Assembly (NCBI GenBank): GCA_051294375.1
Contig: CM119267.1
Location: 22,321,486 to 22,385,485 of the forward strand
DNA length: 64,000 bases
Reading direction: 5' to 3'
Origin: Paraspadella gotoi
Taxonomy: Eukaryota > Animalia > Chaetognatha
The notes under the pieces are model-generated. The model made no database searches. It saw nothing but the letters and a program-made list of their open reading frames with translations, and was not told the DNA's origin. Of this stretch, positions 13,023 through 27,276 are shown in pieces. The stretch's first letter is position 1; the number at the start of each line of letters is the position of its first letter. The position numbers and the translations under genes were made by a program.

Positions 13023-15454
13023 TCAATACATCAACCTCTGCACCCTAAGCCCCTCGATGTCGTCGAGGAAGAGAGCGGTGAAGACTTCGTTAAAGAAAAA
13101 CGGATGATATTTGCAGGCTCTTTCGCAATCCGGCATGAAGTTTACCTCGCATATCTTGGGCTGGATGTCGACGGCCTGCTTCCCGTCGGCGCCGCCGCGC
13201 TTCCACTCGAGCATCAGGTCGACGGCGTAGAGGGCGCGCGATTGGGCCGACGCACCGATTCCCTCCGGCGGGGGTTTGGCCGAAGCGGCCTGGAACAATT
13301 CGTAGATTGACCGAAAGATGGCGTCCTCAATTTTAGACCAGGAGTAACTTTCGTGCTGCGCTTCGAAGGCGGGCACGAAATCTTCGCAGTGCATTTGGAG
13401 GAGATGTTCCGGGTCCGCGTAGTTCATAACGGTGAAGTGCTTGGGCGGGAAAAATATAACGTTTCATTTCTTTAGTGTCGTTTCGCTCTTCTTTGAATTC
13501 GCGTGGGAATTCTGGGAAATACTCCCTGAACCGCCGTAAACCGGTTTGAATCGGGTAGTACCAGCCCGAATTCGGAATTCCCAAATAGAGACACTTTTAT
13601 ATTCATAGTCATAGTTTAAAATTTTTAACGATCTAAAATCAAATTCATTTATGCAATTACTTCCCTACTTACCTCGCTAATAAAGCCACCCACCTTTTGA
13701 TAGTCGTCGTATTCGCTGAGCGAAAACGCCCGGTTGGCGAACCTTAGCCAGAACACCTTGTAGCCAAAGAGCTTGAGAGGTTTCACGCTCGACAAAAGCA
13801 TCACGTATCTCACATCGAATTTGACGTGTGCATCGATGTCGCGACGATAAAACAGCACGGGATCCGCGACGTACTTTTGTACGATCTTCGGCCCAGTCCG
13901 CGACAACTTCAGCACCTGCTCCAGCGAACGAGTGATGTAGATGTCCATCCCCCGCGCCAGATTCCAGGGTTTGACGATCCAATGGTTGTCCAGCCCCAGC
14001 TTTTCTCGACGCTGAAAGTTCGAGACGAAAGAGTCCAGCTCATTCTGCAGTTCATAGGTCAGGGGAATCCAGGTCGGCGAGGACTTCATCGTCTCCGGGT
14101 CGAGCACCACTCCGTCCACGGCCTTGCGTCTCGAAACGATGGCCAGGAGATCCTTGACGGTGAGCACGTGCTCGAAGGGGAATTGATTGATGAAGACGTC
14201 GGGCCTGTCGAGAGAGAGGCTCTCGTAATCTTTAACGTGGGAGCGAAACCAGAGGACGTCGGCGTCTTCGGCGCGGTGGACGATCTCGAAGCGAGAGTCG
14301 TTGAGATGAGACTCGACAAACTCGTATTCGGCGTAGACGCGGATCCGTCGGTTCGTCGGAAGTCGAGGAGGTTCGGCCGACGGGGAAGGAAGGGTCTCGT
14401 TGCGTCGAGCGGACCGGAAGAAGTTCTCGTCCACGGGCTGATGGGACGAATAGAGGTGAAAAAAATCTACTAACTTGAATGTCTTTAAAGGATCTTATTT
14501 AAATAGAAAAGTTTTTATCCAATCTCCTATCTTCTCACCAACTCAAACTAACCTTCGGTTGCGGAGAAACTTCCTCAGTCAAATCGATGGGTCGCCAAGG
14601 AAGCAGTAGCAGCCTTCGCTTTGTCTCGTCGTCGACGCCAACGGCGAAGTCCCTCGTAATTTCCTCGTCGCACGCCACGTCGCCGAGCAACCACAAAACC
14701 GTGAGGGCGTATCCTCTTCCGGAATAAAAGAAGGGCGCGGTGGCCGCGCTAGGCGTGTCCGAGTTCTGCACGCGCAGTCCGAGTTCGTCCATGAGATACC
14801 AAATGGGCAGAGAGTCTTCGACGGAGGCGTCCTCGTTACCAATGTTGTAGGTCTGGTTGTGACGCCAAGAGGCGGTCAAAACGGCATCTATGCGGGCGGA
14901 GACGTCGTCTTCGTTCGCCGGCAAGTCCATCAGGGCCTCTAAGCGATCAAGGAGCCCGGGGGTGTCGCGCAACTGGACGCGCGCGGAGCCTCGTTGATCG
15001 ACGCGATACGTCCAGGCGTGATCGACCAGGAAGACCGCGGAAGAAGGGGAAGAGGGAGAAAGGCCCGAGGGAGAGGTGACGAGGACGCGCCAGGAGACGA
15101 CCGGCTTTCAGAGAGATTGGGGGAAAGGGAAATTTATAAAAACGATCGGTGATCGATAGAAATGAATTCGTTAAGCAGCGAAAGACTTACTGGATTGTCT
15201 TCATTAATTTCATCGTTTTCTTTATCTTTAGTTTCTACTTTTTTACTTTCATCGTCTCCTTTTGCTTTGTCATTATCATCATCTTCGTCATCCTCCTCTT
15301 CCTCCTCCTCCTCCACTCGAAAAAGACCCATATATTCCCCGGCGTCAAAGATTTCCTCTTCCAACTTCCGGTGCAACGTCGGCCACAGCGCCGCGGGGAT
15401 TCCTGACGCGCGCAGCTGCGACTCGTGGAGCGAAACGAAAGTGGAATAGTCCAT
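13023..15454 (-). CDS. TTLL12: Tubulin-tyrosine ligase-like 12
   Basis: FVSLHESQLRASGIP...EIFDAG, VFLVDHAWTY, IWYLMDELG, INQFPFEHVLTVKDLL, WIVKPWNLARG, KFDVRY, HFTVMNY, RALYAVDLML, ICEVNFMPDCERACKYHPFFFNEVF. Confidence 0.95.
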
Positions 15455-16111
15455 ATTTCCAATTCGTCGTAATCGACGACGAAGATGTCTACCAAAAAAA
15501 GTCAAGCGGCGTCATTCAAAATAAATTTTAATAAGAATAAGAAGGGAGGCGAAGAACATTTTTACGTGAAGCAAAGAACTACGTATTTAGTCAACATTTG
15601 AAAATTATTTTGACAGATGTTAAGATGGACAGCTGGGAATTTATCTTATTCTTTTATTTTATATTCAGTGCCGCAACAGAAGCTTTTTATCGGTAACAAT
15701 CAGTCTAGAAAACGACTAACTTTACAAAAACGCTTGTGAAAAATCAGGACCAACGAACGAACATTTTCTACAAAACTAACTAGATGTAGAAAAACAAAAT
15801 TAAAAACCTTTTAAGTCTAAACAACAAAGAACGGGCAGTTCAAGAAAAATTTTGGCCGATTCAATAAAATACCAAGTAGGAAAAGATATTACGACGCCAT
15901 ACGACGCCAATCGGAATGAGAGAAATTATTGAAAACCTCAGGGCAAAGGAAGATTATCGAAATTTCTTTCTAATTTTTTGTTTGGTTTTTGTTTTTATTT
16001 CAGCGACTGCGCGCGATGTGGAACCCAATCGGACAACCGCATGACTAGCAAACTTTAGGATGGATCGATCACTCCGTATCGATCGGAATCCAACGCGTCG
16101 CCATCCGTGAG

Positions 16112-16531
16112 TCAATCCGACTTTTTCGCTCGCGCTTTCGCGATACTTTTTTGCCGCTTTTCTTTTTTCGCCTCCAACTTTTCCTTCGTCTCGATTTCCT
16201 TGGCCAGTCTGGACAATGGACAAAGTGGGCAATAAGTGTTATCAAATAAATAAAGCAATTTTCCTTTCCCATTCCACGTCTCCGGAGTCATCCTTCCGTT
16301 CTTTCCTCACTTGTACGATAAATAAGCGGAAATGGCGAAAAAGGGGCCCAAGATGAGGATGACCGTGTAGACAAAGTCCCAAGGGTTTTTGGCGACCCAG
16401 ACCAAGAACTGGACGGCGTAGGGTCGAATGTAGTCGGCGACGACCCAAGAGGTGGTTTCGGAATTCTCGTCGATGGGAGTCTCGGCGGATGCTGACGCCG
16501 ACGGCTCAGTCGCGGGAGGAGGATACGCCAT
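16112..16531 (-). CDS. SMIM15: Small integral membrane protein 15-like
   Basis: Exons 16531-16311 and 16208-16112 give ...WVAKNPWDFVYTVILILGPFFAISAYLSYKLAKEIETKEKLEAKKEKRQKSIAKARAKKSD*, the recalled SMIM15/UPF0542 pattern. Confidence 0.85.
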
Positions 16532-16891
16532 CGAAAGTTTTTTGTTTTGTTTCAAACTGAAAAGACCAGCGGATGAAATGACAAATATAGTTAAATAAAA
16601 ACGGTAATTTATTTCGTGCCAAGAAAAACTAACAAAAATCATAACTAAAAATAAACGGACGAAATATAAAAAGGAATAGGTGTGTCGTGTATCTATCAAA
16701 AGTCATATTAAATCGTCGTAGAAATAAACTACAGCTGGAAATATTAAACTAACAACTGCCCATGTTGTGTTTCGATTTACACTTGATGACAAACGATTAG
16801 ACTTCATGATTAAAATCAAAGGGCTGCGATGTAGCAACAGGATAAGTTGAAAACTAACCCAACTTGAGTTCATAAGTTCTTTCTCCGACTT

Positions 16892-18309
16892 TCACGTATC
16901 CGCGCTCGCGTGATCGGCAACTACCATCCTGTCCAGCATGCTGCCGAACCACTTTTGCAGCTTGTGACGCATGTAGTACTTGAGGTTCTTGTCCCTGCCG
17001 CCGTCCCGGACCCTCGCCCCGCTTCGTGCCAGTTCGTGAAGGACTGGAAAGCTGTCCCATACCGTCTCGAAGACATGATTGAAGAAGGCTTTGGCCACGT
17101 CGGATCGTTTGTCGCGGACGGGGGAGTGAGACGAGGCTGCCTTGGCAATGTCGTAGAGCAGCGAGGTGAGGACCTTGTGGGAGACGCTCGTCTTGTCGAC
17201 GATAGAGTCTAGGCGAATCTCTGAGTGGAGGGCGACGGCTTTGGGATTGGAGTCTAAATAGGCTAGAATGTCGAAGTCGCCTAGGTAGTTGGGTGGATCG
17301 GGATCGAAGAAGGAGATGCCTGCGAAACGGATTGAAGAAATTAGCAACACTAGATCAGTAAACAATCGAAAAGCTAACACGCAGGTTCACCAATAAGCAA
17401 AATGTGCATTAAAAATTTAAACACTTGGTAAACAATCAGAGCAAGCTCACCCAAGCTGGCGGCTTCAAAACTTTCAATGTCCAACTGTGACGCTTCGCCG
17501 ATCTCCTCCACTTCGGATTCACCGCTGAGGCTTCTCTCCTCTTCGGCTCCGGCGGAGACGACGGTGTCGACGACAAACTTGGTGCGTTCGTCGTCGCCGA
17601 ATCCGCGAATTTCTATCGAGGGTTTGACGTCGACTTCGGCTTCCTCGACGGAGGCTTCCATCTTGACGTCCACCAAAGTCTTTGATTTTTCCGGCGACGA
17701 ATCCGGTTTTGAAGTTTTTGATTTTGGCGAGGCGTTGGAAGTTTCCTTGGTGGACACCGGCGCGACAGACGATGACCCCGCGACGGCCGGTTTATCCGGC
17801 GACGTCGTCGACGGTGACGGAAACAGAGACTGCGAACGAATGCGTTTGAGAGCGAGGGCGTCGCCGATACCGCCAGCGTCGCCGACGAGGCCGTCGACGA
17901 AGCCAGGGCGTGTCGGCGGAGGAGGCCGTTTGAGGAGATGGCGATGATCGCCATTGGAGGAGCGGTACCCGCCGAGGGGGACCATGGAAGGCGGGGGCGG
18001 CGGTCGCGCGTGGAGTCCGTTGATGGGTCTTCGTCTTAACGCCGTCACCGACGGATCCAATTCCATCTCAACGTCGGAACCGACGGGCGCTAAAGCGCCG
18101 GCCAGATAGGCGTCGACCAGGTGCCGCTTACCGGCGAACCGGCGCCCTTCGACGGCGTCGACGAGAAGAAATACGTTGGCGTCAGTCAGCGTCGCCACCT
18201 TCATCAACATTTCCATGATGGCGGCCATCATGGTGCTCTCGATGTTCTGCAACTGGTTGACGAGGCCCATCAGGTTGTGCGGGGAGGCCATGGAGGACAG
18301 AGCCGACAT
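16892..18309 (-). CDS. Uncharacterised nuclear-type protein with a divergent MADS-box-like N-terminal segment and a helical C-terminal domain
   Basis: Exons 18309-17451 (G|GTGAGC) and 17319-16892 (TTCGCAG|) join in phase 1 and have coding-like composition. The domain calls are by-eye inferences. Confidence 0.8.
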
Positions 18310-18813
18310 TTTCTTGTGTTTTATGATTGACGGCGCAGGTAGAGAATTATAAGTTTTTTTATCCTACTGAGCAAACGTTAAATAAAGTTTGACTAACAAA
18401 AAACAGGAAAAATTCAACAAAAATAACTCGTAAAAACAGATGAGCCGGCTGGTCCTAACAATCAAATTTTCACGATTTTGGCACGAGCAGAGGATTAAGT
18501 GTCATGGGAATACGATCTTTCCTTCGAAAAAAAAAAACCACCTCGATTGTCACAAAAACTTTTATTGTTTATAACATTTTGGTTTCTTGATGAAAAAATT
18601 ACTTGCACATCAGATATCGAAATTTAAACGTCAAAAAAATATAATTTTTACCTTGGTTCCCAAGCTTTTTTCCAAATTTCAAATCACGAAGCTAATTTAT
18701 CAGAAATCATTTAACGGAAATTTCGGAATTATGTAATAACGATCGAATACACGAAAACGATAAAGCCGGAACTTTCCTTCATCGTCATCGCACTCTGCTT
18801 GAGACTGGACAAG

Positions 18814-21800
18814 TCAAAATACGTCGCTGAGCGAATGAGTCTCTTGTTTCGTCTCTCCCTCTTCCTCATCCTCCTCTCGATCTTCTTCTTCCTCCTCCTC
18901 TTCTTCTTCCTCTTCCCCATCATCTTCTTCCTCGTCGCCATCGTCTCCGTCCCTCTTCCTAATGAGATCGGGCAGATCTTCTTCGTTGTCTGCGGACGAA
19001 GTGGGAGACGAGTTTTGGACAAACAAAATGACAACGGCAGCTACCAATCATGATTAGTTTTAACTAGTTTAATCTACAAATTATTCCCACTCTATCCCCA
19101 TTCAATCCCACATATTTTTTTTCTCCATTTCAAAACAAAACCGAGATCGAGAGCTCGTCTGGTGTCATTCCGATGACTGACGATCAAATTCGATATATCG
19201 CTCCAACCATCTCTCTCGCTCTACGCCATCTGCCGTTAGCGCCGACCTCTTTGATTCGTGCTGTCCTCGGAGACCACGGTCGACGCTTGGGACAGAATTT
19301 CTTCTCCCTGTAAATTTCGATTTTTCAGGTTGCCCATCCAAAAAGCCTCGGAGCATCTGTTCTTGGCCAAAAGCGCCTTCACCTGTTTATTTGCATAATT
19401 AACACGATTAATACGATTAAAAGGGCAACAATGAGGGACCACCTGCGTGTCCTGTTAAACAGGGAAGACAACCAGGTGTCAGGAAAGAAGACAAATTACG
19501 TATTAAATTTAAAATCAAATGTTTTTCTTTTCCAACAAAAATTTTACTAATCACTAAACGTTTAATTTAATTATTAAACGATGGGCAAGCGTTTTTCCTT
19601 TTCTTTTTTTTAAATGACAATTTTCAACGACTATCGGAGAATATACGTAGAGAATAAACTGTTTAAAATATTGCTAAAAGACGATTGAATCTTCCCGAAA
19701 GTTCTATCCATTCCTCCCCACATACCCGACAAACGAAAGTTTCCAATTTTTTCTTCATTTTGGGCACGTATTTCAGCAGGGTGACTTCGCGGTACATCTT
19801 CGAGTGTCCACAGAGATGGTTAAGCACTCTCGTGCACTGCTGAAAAGTTTTAAAGAGGCCCATGATCTCTTGACCCTTATCGCGGAATACAGTCTCGAAA
19901 AGTGGAATAGTATGTTTGAGGAAAGTCTCGACAAAGTCGTTTCCCTCCCGGATGCAGGGAACGGCGATGCGACGAGGGTCGAAGCTGCGCAGGAAGGATA
20001 AGTTCTGTTGCAAGAGTCGAGTCGCCATGATCCACTCTTCGATGAGTTCGTCGACAGAAATGTCACCTGAAGAGAGAATCGTTGACCCATTGATCGGATT
20101 TCTTTTTACCTCCGAAATTTCATCTTAACACAAGCACGACCAAAGTGCATACAGTTTCCCTTCAATTTACCCTCGTTGAAGCGAACATGAATATCCTTAA
20201 CGAAGGCGGCGAGGCTCCTGAGGATAACTCTGAAGACCCCGGGAAAGGAATTCTTATCGATGGAGAGAAAAGACTTGGAAGCGGCCTCGCTGGCGTCGTC
20301 TTTAGCCTGGAGAGCAATTTAAGACAATATCATATATATTGAATTAATATATATTGAATTAATTATTTACATGTTAGTTTTATGTATTATACATAAGTGT
20401 TACCTGCGTTCCAAGGCTGCTGATGACGTCACCCAATCCTTGGGTCGTCACCTCTTCGATCATTGCGATGTCATCGGCGCTAAAGAAAAAGAAAGCCGTT
20501 TCATACAATAATACTTGACCAATGATTGAAAAAAAAAACACTCACCTCAACCGAATGTAATTGTCGACCAAAAATTCAACGTCCTTGAGTCTGACTCCTT
20601 TAATTTTCTTCTGGTCAGGACCAATCCACTCTGAAACGGAAAGTAAAGTAACTTTTTAAAATGAATACGAAAAGATTCGTAAGACGACGATAGATTTACC
20701 TTTGAGCAGAAATTCTCTGCATAGAGCGGAGGTTTTCTCGTCGAGCTTGCTCTTGAGACTTTGCTTTTTGGCGAAACCGGCGAGGTGTTTGAGGGTCTTG
20801 ATCAACTCGACGGCGCACTCGATAGAAGGGACGCTCTCAGCGTAGTTGGTGAAATAACGAAAGCTCATCTAAGAGAAGAGATGTCGCATGAGAACAAGAT
20901 CGGTTAGCCACCAAGATGCTTCCGTCTACTGATCAGTGATCACCTCCAAAGCCTCAGCATTCTTCTGCTGCGTGGAGCCCACGGCGAAGGCAGACGACAT
21001 CTTTATACAAAGCGAATCGAAGGCCTCCTGGAGCAGCGGGCGGTTGGAGGATGAAGACGATTGTGACCATCCGAAGATGGAGGTCAGGCAGAACAAGAGA
21101 TGCTTGTAGCATCGGCGGATAACCAAACCATCATCTGTTTTTGAAGAAAGAATTAGCTGAACTTTAGTATTATATAACTAAACAGCCATTTAGCCGGATT
21201 CAAACCTGTGAACTTGTCCGCTGAATCTACGAATCCGGTTTGAGTGAATAAAGAATCGTTCATGACATTGCCCTGAAGGAAAACTTAAAATAATTTTTCA
21301 ATATCAAAACGTTAAAAATAATTTTCATAGACGAACATACATCGCCTTTTCGTGAATTCGATGTGGACTTAGAAGCCGGTTCTTGATAATAAGTCGCAAT
21401 ATCTTCAAGATGATTGCAAATGAAAGGAGTGAGCTTGACCACTTTTTTCCAGACCTGAAAACATTTTTTATAGAATGAACAAACAAAAGAGTTCAATGAA
21501 CCGGAAAAGTCACCGACGACGTCAACACCTTATCTGCGGCGGCCGTTTCCAAGTTTCGATGAAACGAGGGAGTCGTCGTATCTTTACCGGGGAAGGAGAC
21601 CGTCGAAGAGGAGAGTTTGAAGGCTAACTTGGCGACGAGGTCGTCCAACAAATACAGCAGTTCCTTATATTGAAGAATCAAAGTTAATGTAATATTTTTT
21701 GAACAACTACTACTAATAGGCAGACCTTTGGTTTCAGCACCAAATAAGCGTCTTCCGCCGCTCGTTCCTTTTGACCCTCACGAAGATCGCACTTTCGGTG

Positions 21801-24800
21801 CAGCATGCTAAAAACCTGTTGGTGGTTAAGTAAGATATGATTCATTATAATGATCTTTTAGTTTAAAAAAGGGTGGTCGATCTCTCTCTGTTACCTCAAT
21901 ATCGAATTCTCTAAAGGCGGCTTTGTAATGCGAAAGATCAATTACAACGACGGCGGACTTCGGTTTTTCCGCGTTGTTGTCGACGTCTTCGTCGAAGTTG
22001 TTGTCATCGTCGTTTGTCTCCTCGTTTTCCAGCTCGTTTTTTCTCTTTCTCTTCGTCATCTTTTTGGCAGTTTTTGTTGACTTCTTTCCTTTGCCTTTTC
22101 CTTATGTTTAATAATGGACCGTCATATCTTCAAATCATTTTATTCATTAACTTCTTCGAATTCCTACCCGCGCCTCCGACAGCAGAGAGCTTCGGCGCCT
22201 TAAGCCTTTCTTCTACGACGTCGAAAGCGGCAACGGGAGCTTCGAATTTGTGGTGGGCGGTAAGTCCGCGACGAATGAGCATATCCAAGTGGGTGAGTGC
22301 ACGGAGACGGTGGCCCAGCGCCGTCTGAAAAAATAATTTTATTTAATTTTTTTTTTTAAATTTTCCCTCGGCCAAAAGTCACTCGCCTTGGTCGTCTCGT
22401 CGTCCACGGCGAAACCGTTCAACAACTCCCGAAACCAACTGGCGCAGAGAAACCATGAGTCTAAAACGAGCGACTTCCGGTCAGCGTCGAGATCCTCGAA
22501 TTGGTCGTGGACCGACTCGGCGGGCAGCGCCGTCGGGCAGATCAGCACCCCGTCGATATCTTCCAACTTTCCCCGTCGCCGCGTCTCCAGAAGGCATAAA
22601 AGGCGGAGGAGGGGAGAGAAGAGAAGGGGATGAACGGGGAGGCGGCCTTTGAGGGCGGAAAAGCCTGGGAATTGAAAAAGAGAGCGATTGAGCCTTTTAT
22701 TTTTGTACGAAAGGATTGCCTAAAAGGATGGACCAATTTGATTTAGCTTACAACCGGCTTGGAGTTAACTAAACGTAGAAACTGGAACTCGCCTTTCAAA
22801 ATCATGTCGACGATCGGGATGTGGATTTCGGCGTCGAGTTCGTTCTCTCCAAAGTTGGGAACTTTGTAGCAGAGATTCGTTTTGATCGAAGGCGCCGCCT
22901 TCGTCGAGGCAGTTTCACCCTCTTTCGACTTTGTGTTGTCTTCGTCCGCGCAATATTCGTTCTTGAAGTCGAAAACGAAGATCGATGCGAAATTTAAAAA
23001 ACAGAGGTGATCGACTCGGTCGTCAACCGTATACCAACCTGAAACAGTTCGACGATTCGATCGTGAAGATATTCGATCAACTTTCGGCGCGTCTCTTTCT
23101 CAGTGCTTTTAGTCGTGGAGGTTCCCACTCCGTGGTCACCGTCGCCGCGCTTGTTATCGATCAGCGTCATCGCAGTTTCGAACTTTAAGGTCATAGACAA
23201 CTCGTCGCAAAGCAACGCGAACGCTCGTGGATCCGTCCAACAACTGGGGGAAAGTATCAAAATTTATAAATGGTAAATCATTGTTTCGCAGTTTTATGAT
23301 TTTGCTGCCAATGAGCAACTTAATGTCACATCGGTAAGTTCAGAGTCTTTGAAGGATCCTCTTCACGATTCCGTCTCCAACAAATTCACCTCGCCATCAC
23401 CATCTCGAGCAACTTCTTGGTGGAGTCTTCGAATTCCGTGTCGTGCCAGATGAGACTGACGGCCCCGACGATAGCCAAGCTCTTGCGATGAAATTCGTCT
23501 GATCGAAAACAAAAACCCTCAATATCTCCTTCTCGCTCAGCCTCATTAATCTTTATTTTCCTACTCGACGACAGCTGCTTGCGAATGATGATGAAGATAT
23601 CGTCCAAACCGCGATCTCCAACGCCATCGCCTGAGGAGGTGGGGCTGGCCATTGTTCCGATGACAGAGAACAACTTTCTGGCGAGGGATAATGAGAAGGC
23701 GTCTAGGTAATCGAGGAGACTCTTGATCATCACGATGAACGGCGAAACCTGTAAAGAATCGCATCAACTTTTTCTTTGACCCAATTATTTCAATTTTCAT
23801 GCTTTATCACCATCTCTTCTCTTTATCTTTAACCTTGTCGACGTCGCGCGCAACGAGATGAATGAGAATGTCCATGGCAGAATCTTTTTGCTGGTCACTT
23901 CCGTTGCCGATAGCAACAACCAAGGAGCCGACGACGTCTTGACGACTCGACTGGTCGAATGAGGAAAATATGGCGCTGACGAGCGTCGCCAAAAACGCCA
24001 GAATCCTTTGATCCTGATTGGCTGAAGGAAGTGAATCGATTACTGAATTGGAAACCTTTGAATGAACTAAGCGCTAAAATAGATATGGATGGTTTAATAA
24101 AGTTAGAACAGAATAATTTTTAAACACCTCACATCAATCACCTCATTAACTTAGCATCAAATATATTACGTATATAATCAACTACTGGAATTCAATTCAG
24201 CAATATTCGAACGCATCCACAACTTTACTTAAAACCGAAGCTTACAACATATTCTAAACCACATAAAAGTCTTCAAGTTATTCATTTCGAATTTTTTATA
24301 ATTCCAAAAATTAAACTGTCCCTATTGAGCAAGAAGGCTTCGTATTCCCAAAAAATGGACATGAAAATGTCGGTATCAAGATTGCTGAGTTTATTCGTTT
24401 TCGCCGTTGCAGTCGTCGTCGCCTTTTTCATTCTCGCCGGTTTCGGATCGAGAGCGCCTCAAAATTGGCTTTTCTCCGAGACCAAAGCGCCGGTGGCAAA
24501 ATCAAGCGTCGGTGCCAACGTTTACAAAGAAGGAGATGAAGCGGACGAATGCGGGGATTGCACCGCGGAAGAACGATGCCTCGTCTGCGAGCAGGCGAGT
24601 TTGTTTAAACTTTTTTAAAGATCATTATATAACTAGAATTATTTCTATCATTGATGACGAAAAAAACAACAGAAGTTGAGGCCGCCGAGTCCTCCGCCAC
24701 TGGCGGGAAAATTTAAAGTAAAAAAGAGCGAATGCCTCGCCGCCACAGAAGCAAAGAAAGATCTGGTTTGCCAAGACTGCCGTCCATGCCATGTCGTGGG

Positions 24801-27214
24801 TGGTGGGGGCCGCATCCGTGACCCCGCTGGCGAAGGAAGCTCTATGGGAATGATAAGCGGTGCCGAGGTCACGATTTCGTCGCGGATGCTCATTTTTATG
24901 GCGAACATAATCTTCGTTTTAAACGTAATCGTTTAGGCGATTATAAGTATCGGTGATTACATATTTCGTCAAAACAGCCATGTTTTTTGCAATGTTTGTT
25001 AAACTTGCTCCGCATTAAACTCGTAATTTAAAACTTGAGAACATTCCTATATGCAAAGGGCGTATGGTAGATTTCGACTCACCGCAAAATAATAGAGCGT
25101 GAATACAATTCTGAAGCGCCTTGCAGAAGGGCCTCAAGACGTCCGAGTGACGCTTGAAGACTGCTTCGACGACGGCCGGGGTGAGGAACCCGTTTTTCAC
25201 GCATTTCTTTAGAGTAACCTCGGCTAACTTCCTTGACGGCTCGTGATGTAGCAAAAGCAAAATGACGATAAAGTCGAGATCCACCGCCGAGGGACGACGA
25301 TCTCGGATCGAGAGGGAAAGGATGAGCTGAAATACAATTTGTAATTTATGTTTTTTTTATCTGATGTAGACAATATCATGGACAATCTCAAAGACTCTAA
25401 ACTTACCGATGCATATTATTATTAAACATTGTCTATTTGATTCAGGTCTATTTATATTATTGTTTTCCCTTTCAGCCCTGTGAGCATCGTGTGTTTATTA
25501 TCATATTATCTTAATAACTACTAACTTAAGCTACTGTGCAATTCTTTCTTCACATGCAAAATATATTTAAACCGACGAGATGACACACCTGATTCCAGGC
25601 TTGCCACACGATCCTCTCGATCCTGATGCCGTTGAGCAAGGCGTCCACGACGAGCGCCACCGACGACTTTCGATTCGCCTCCTCGGATCGACGGCGTTGT
25701 CGACCGGAGGCCTGACGCTGACTGACCTCGGTGATCGAAAAGCCGGGCTGAGTCCTCAAGCGGCTCGTCGAGATGCGGTCTACGTCAAAGTCAGAATCGA
25801 GGTCCAGACAATCCCGGAGCTTCTTGACCATTTGCTCGACGGCGGCCAGGGTTGTCTCATTGCCGTTGACCGACTCCATCAGAAACTAAATTTCGTTTTA
25901 GTTTCAAACTACTTAGACTAAACTAACTGGAAACTAACTTCTTGGACGATACTGTCACCTTGACGGCGGCGGGAATGTCTTGAAAGGCCATGGACGGGAT
26001 GATGGAGAAAACTTTGGCCTCTGTTTCCGCGATCATTGAAGGCGTTAAAAGAAAGTTGGAGAGGGAATCGAGAATCGGGATAGTCAGATATTCCTGGTTC
26101 GAGCGCAGAACAAGTAGGATTAAACAATGAATGAATGAATTAGCATGAAATGGTATCTTTCTGACCTTTTTTAAGGCCTCCTTCTCCAGCACGGAGAGGA
26201 AATAGACGGCCATCTCCTCATGATCGCTGTCTCGGAGGATAAACGGGGCTGCAACGATAACTTGCTTCTGGTCCGCTTGGTTCAAATATCTACAGAGAGA
26301 TACACCTTAACTTGAGCTTTTCGTTATCACTAAATGTTCTACTACGAAAAAACTCCTCTTAGTCTTACTCGAAATGCTCCTTCATGATCTCTACGAGCGC
26401 GGGTCCGTCCACAACGGTGCTGAGCCCCTGCAGCTGCTGGAGTATCAACTGGGAGACGTTGACGCGGACGCCGACGGCGGCTTCGATGGCGTCGAGGATC
26501 ATCTGCGACCCGGTGACGGAGGAGACCTCCACCATCTTCTCCATCAGCGTCTTGACCAGACTTGGATGGGAGAACAATATACATAATTAAATGCAAAATC
26601 CAATTTCCTTTATCAAAACCAACCAAGTCTGAAGGTCCTCGCACTGCAGTAGCATCTTGACCAGCGATTCCTGATCGGAAGACTTATCCTTCTGAACATA
26701 TTCAGAAGCGACGAGCGCCTTGTGAAGGCAAAGGGGCTCCTCCAGGTACAACTGAAGTCCGTCCATAACATTTTCACGAAACTGCAGCTTCCCGGCCGAC
26801 TGCGCTTCGGGGGAGCTGAAGGAGCGAGAAATAAGATTCGGAAAGACGGGGTAGGGGTAATAATTCATTCAGTAAATATCATCTTAAGCCCTAGATTCTT
26901 TTAAGTTTGTTGACGAATTAAGTTCTATTAAAGAATTTTTTTTCTTCACAATTATTTCGCTACAACCAAACCAGCCTTCCACAATCTTCCTCGACCTTCC
27001 CCACCTCCTCAGCCACCGTCGCTCACCGCGACGGAACGGCGATGTCCCTCATTTTCCTCTTGACAAAATTCCTGACTTTGGCCACGGAAATGGAGGCGGG
27101 CGACTCTAGCCTTGTCCGCGCCTGCCCGGCCGACAATCGGGCACCGGCCTGCTCCATCATCGTCACGAAGATGGCGCTCGACTCGTCGCTGACGAGAGAC
27201 CAGGGGGAGGAGGG

Positions 27215-27276
<62 letters not shown>

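Noticed and set aside
21194-21238. CCGGATTC/GAATCCGG inverted repeat
   Set aside because: Only 8 bp and spans a FANCD2 exon-intron boundary; compatible with chance.
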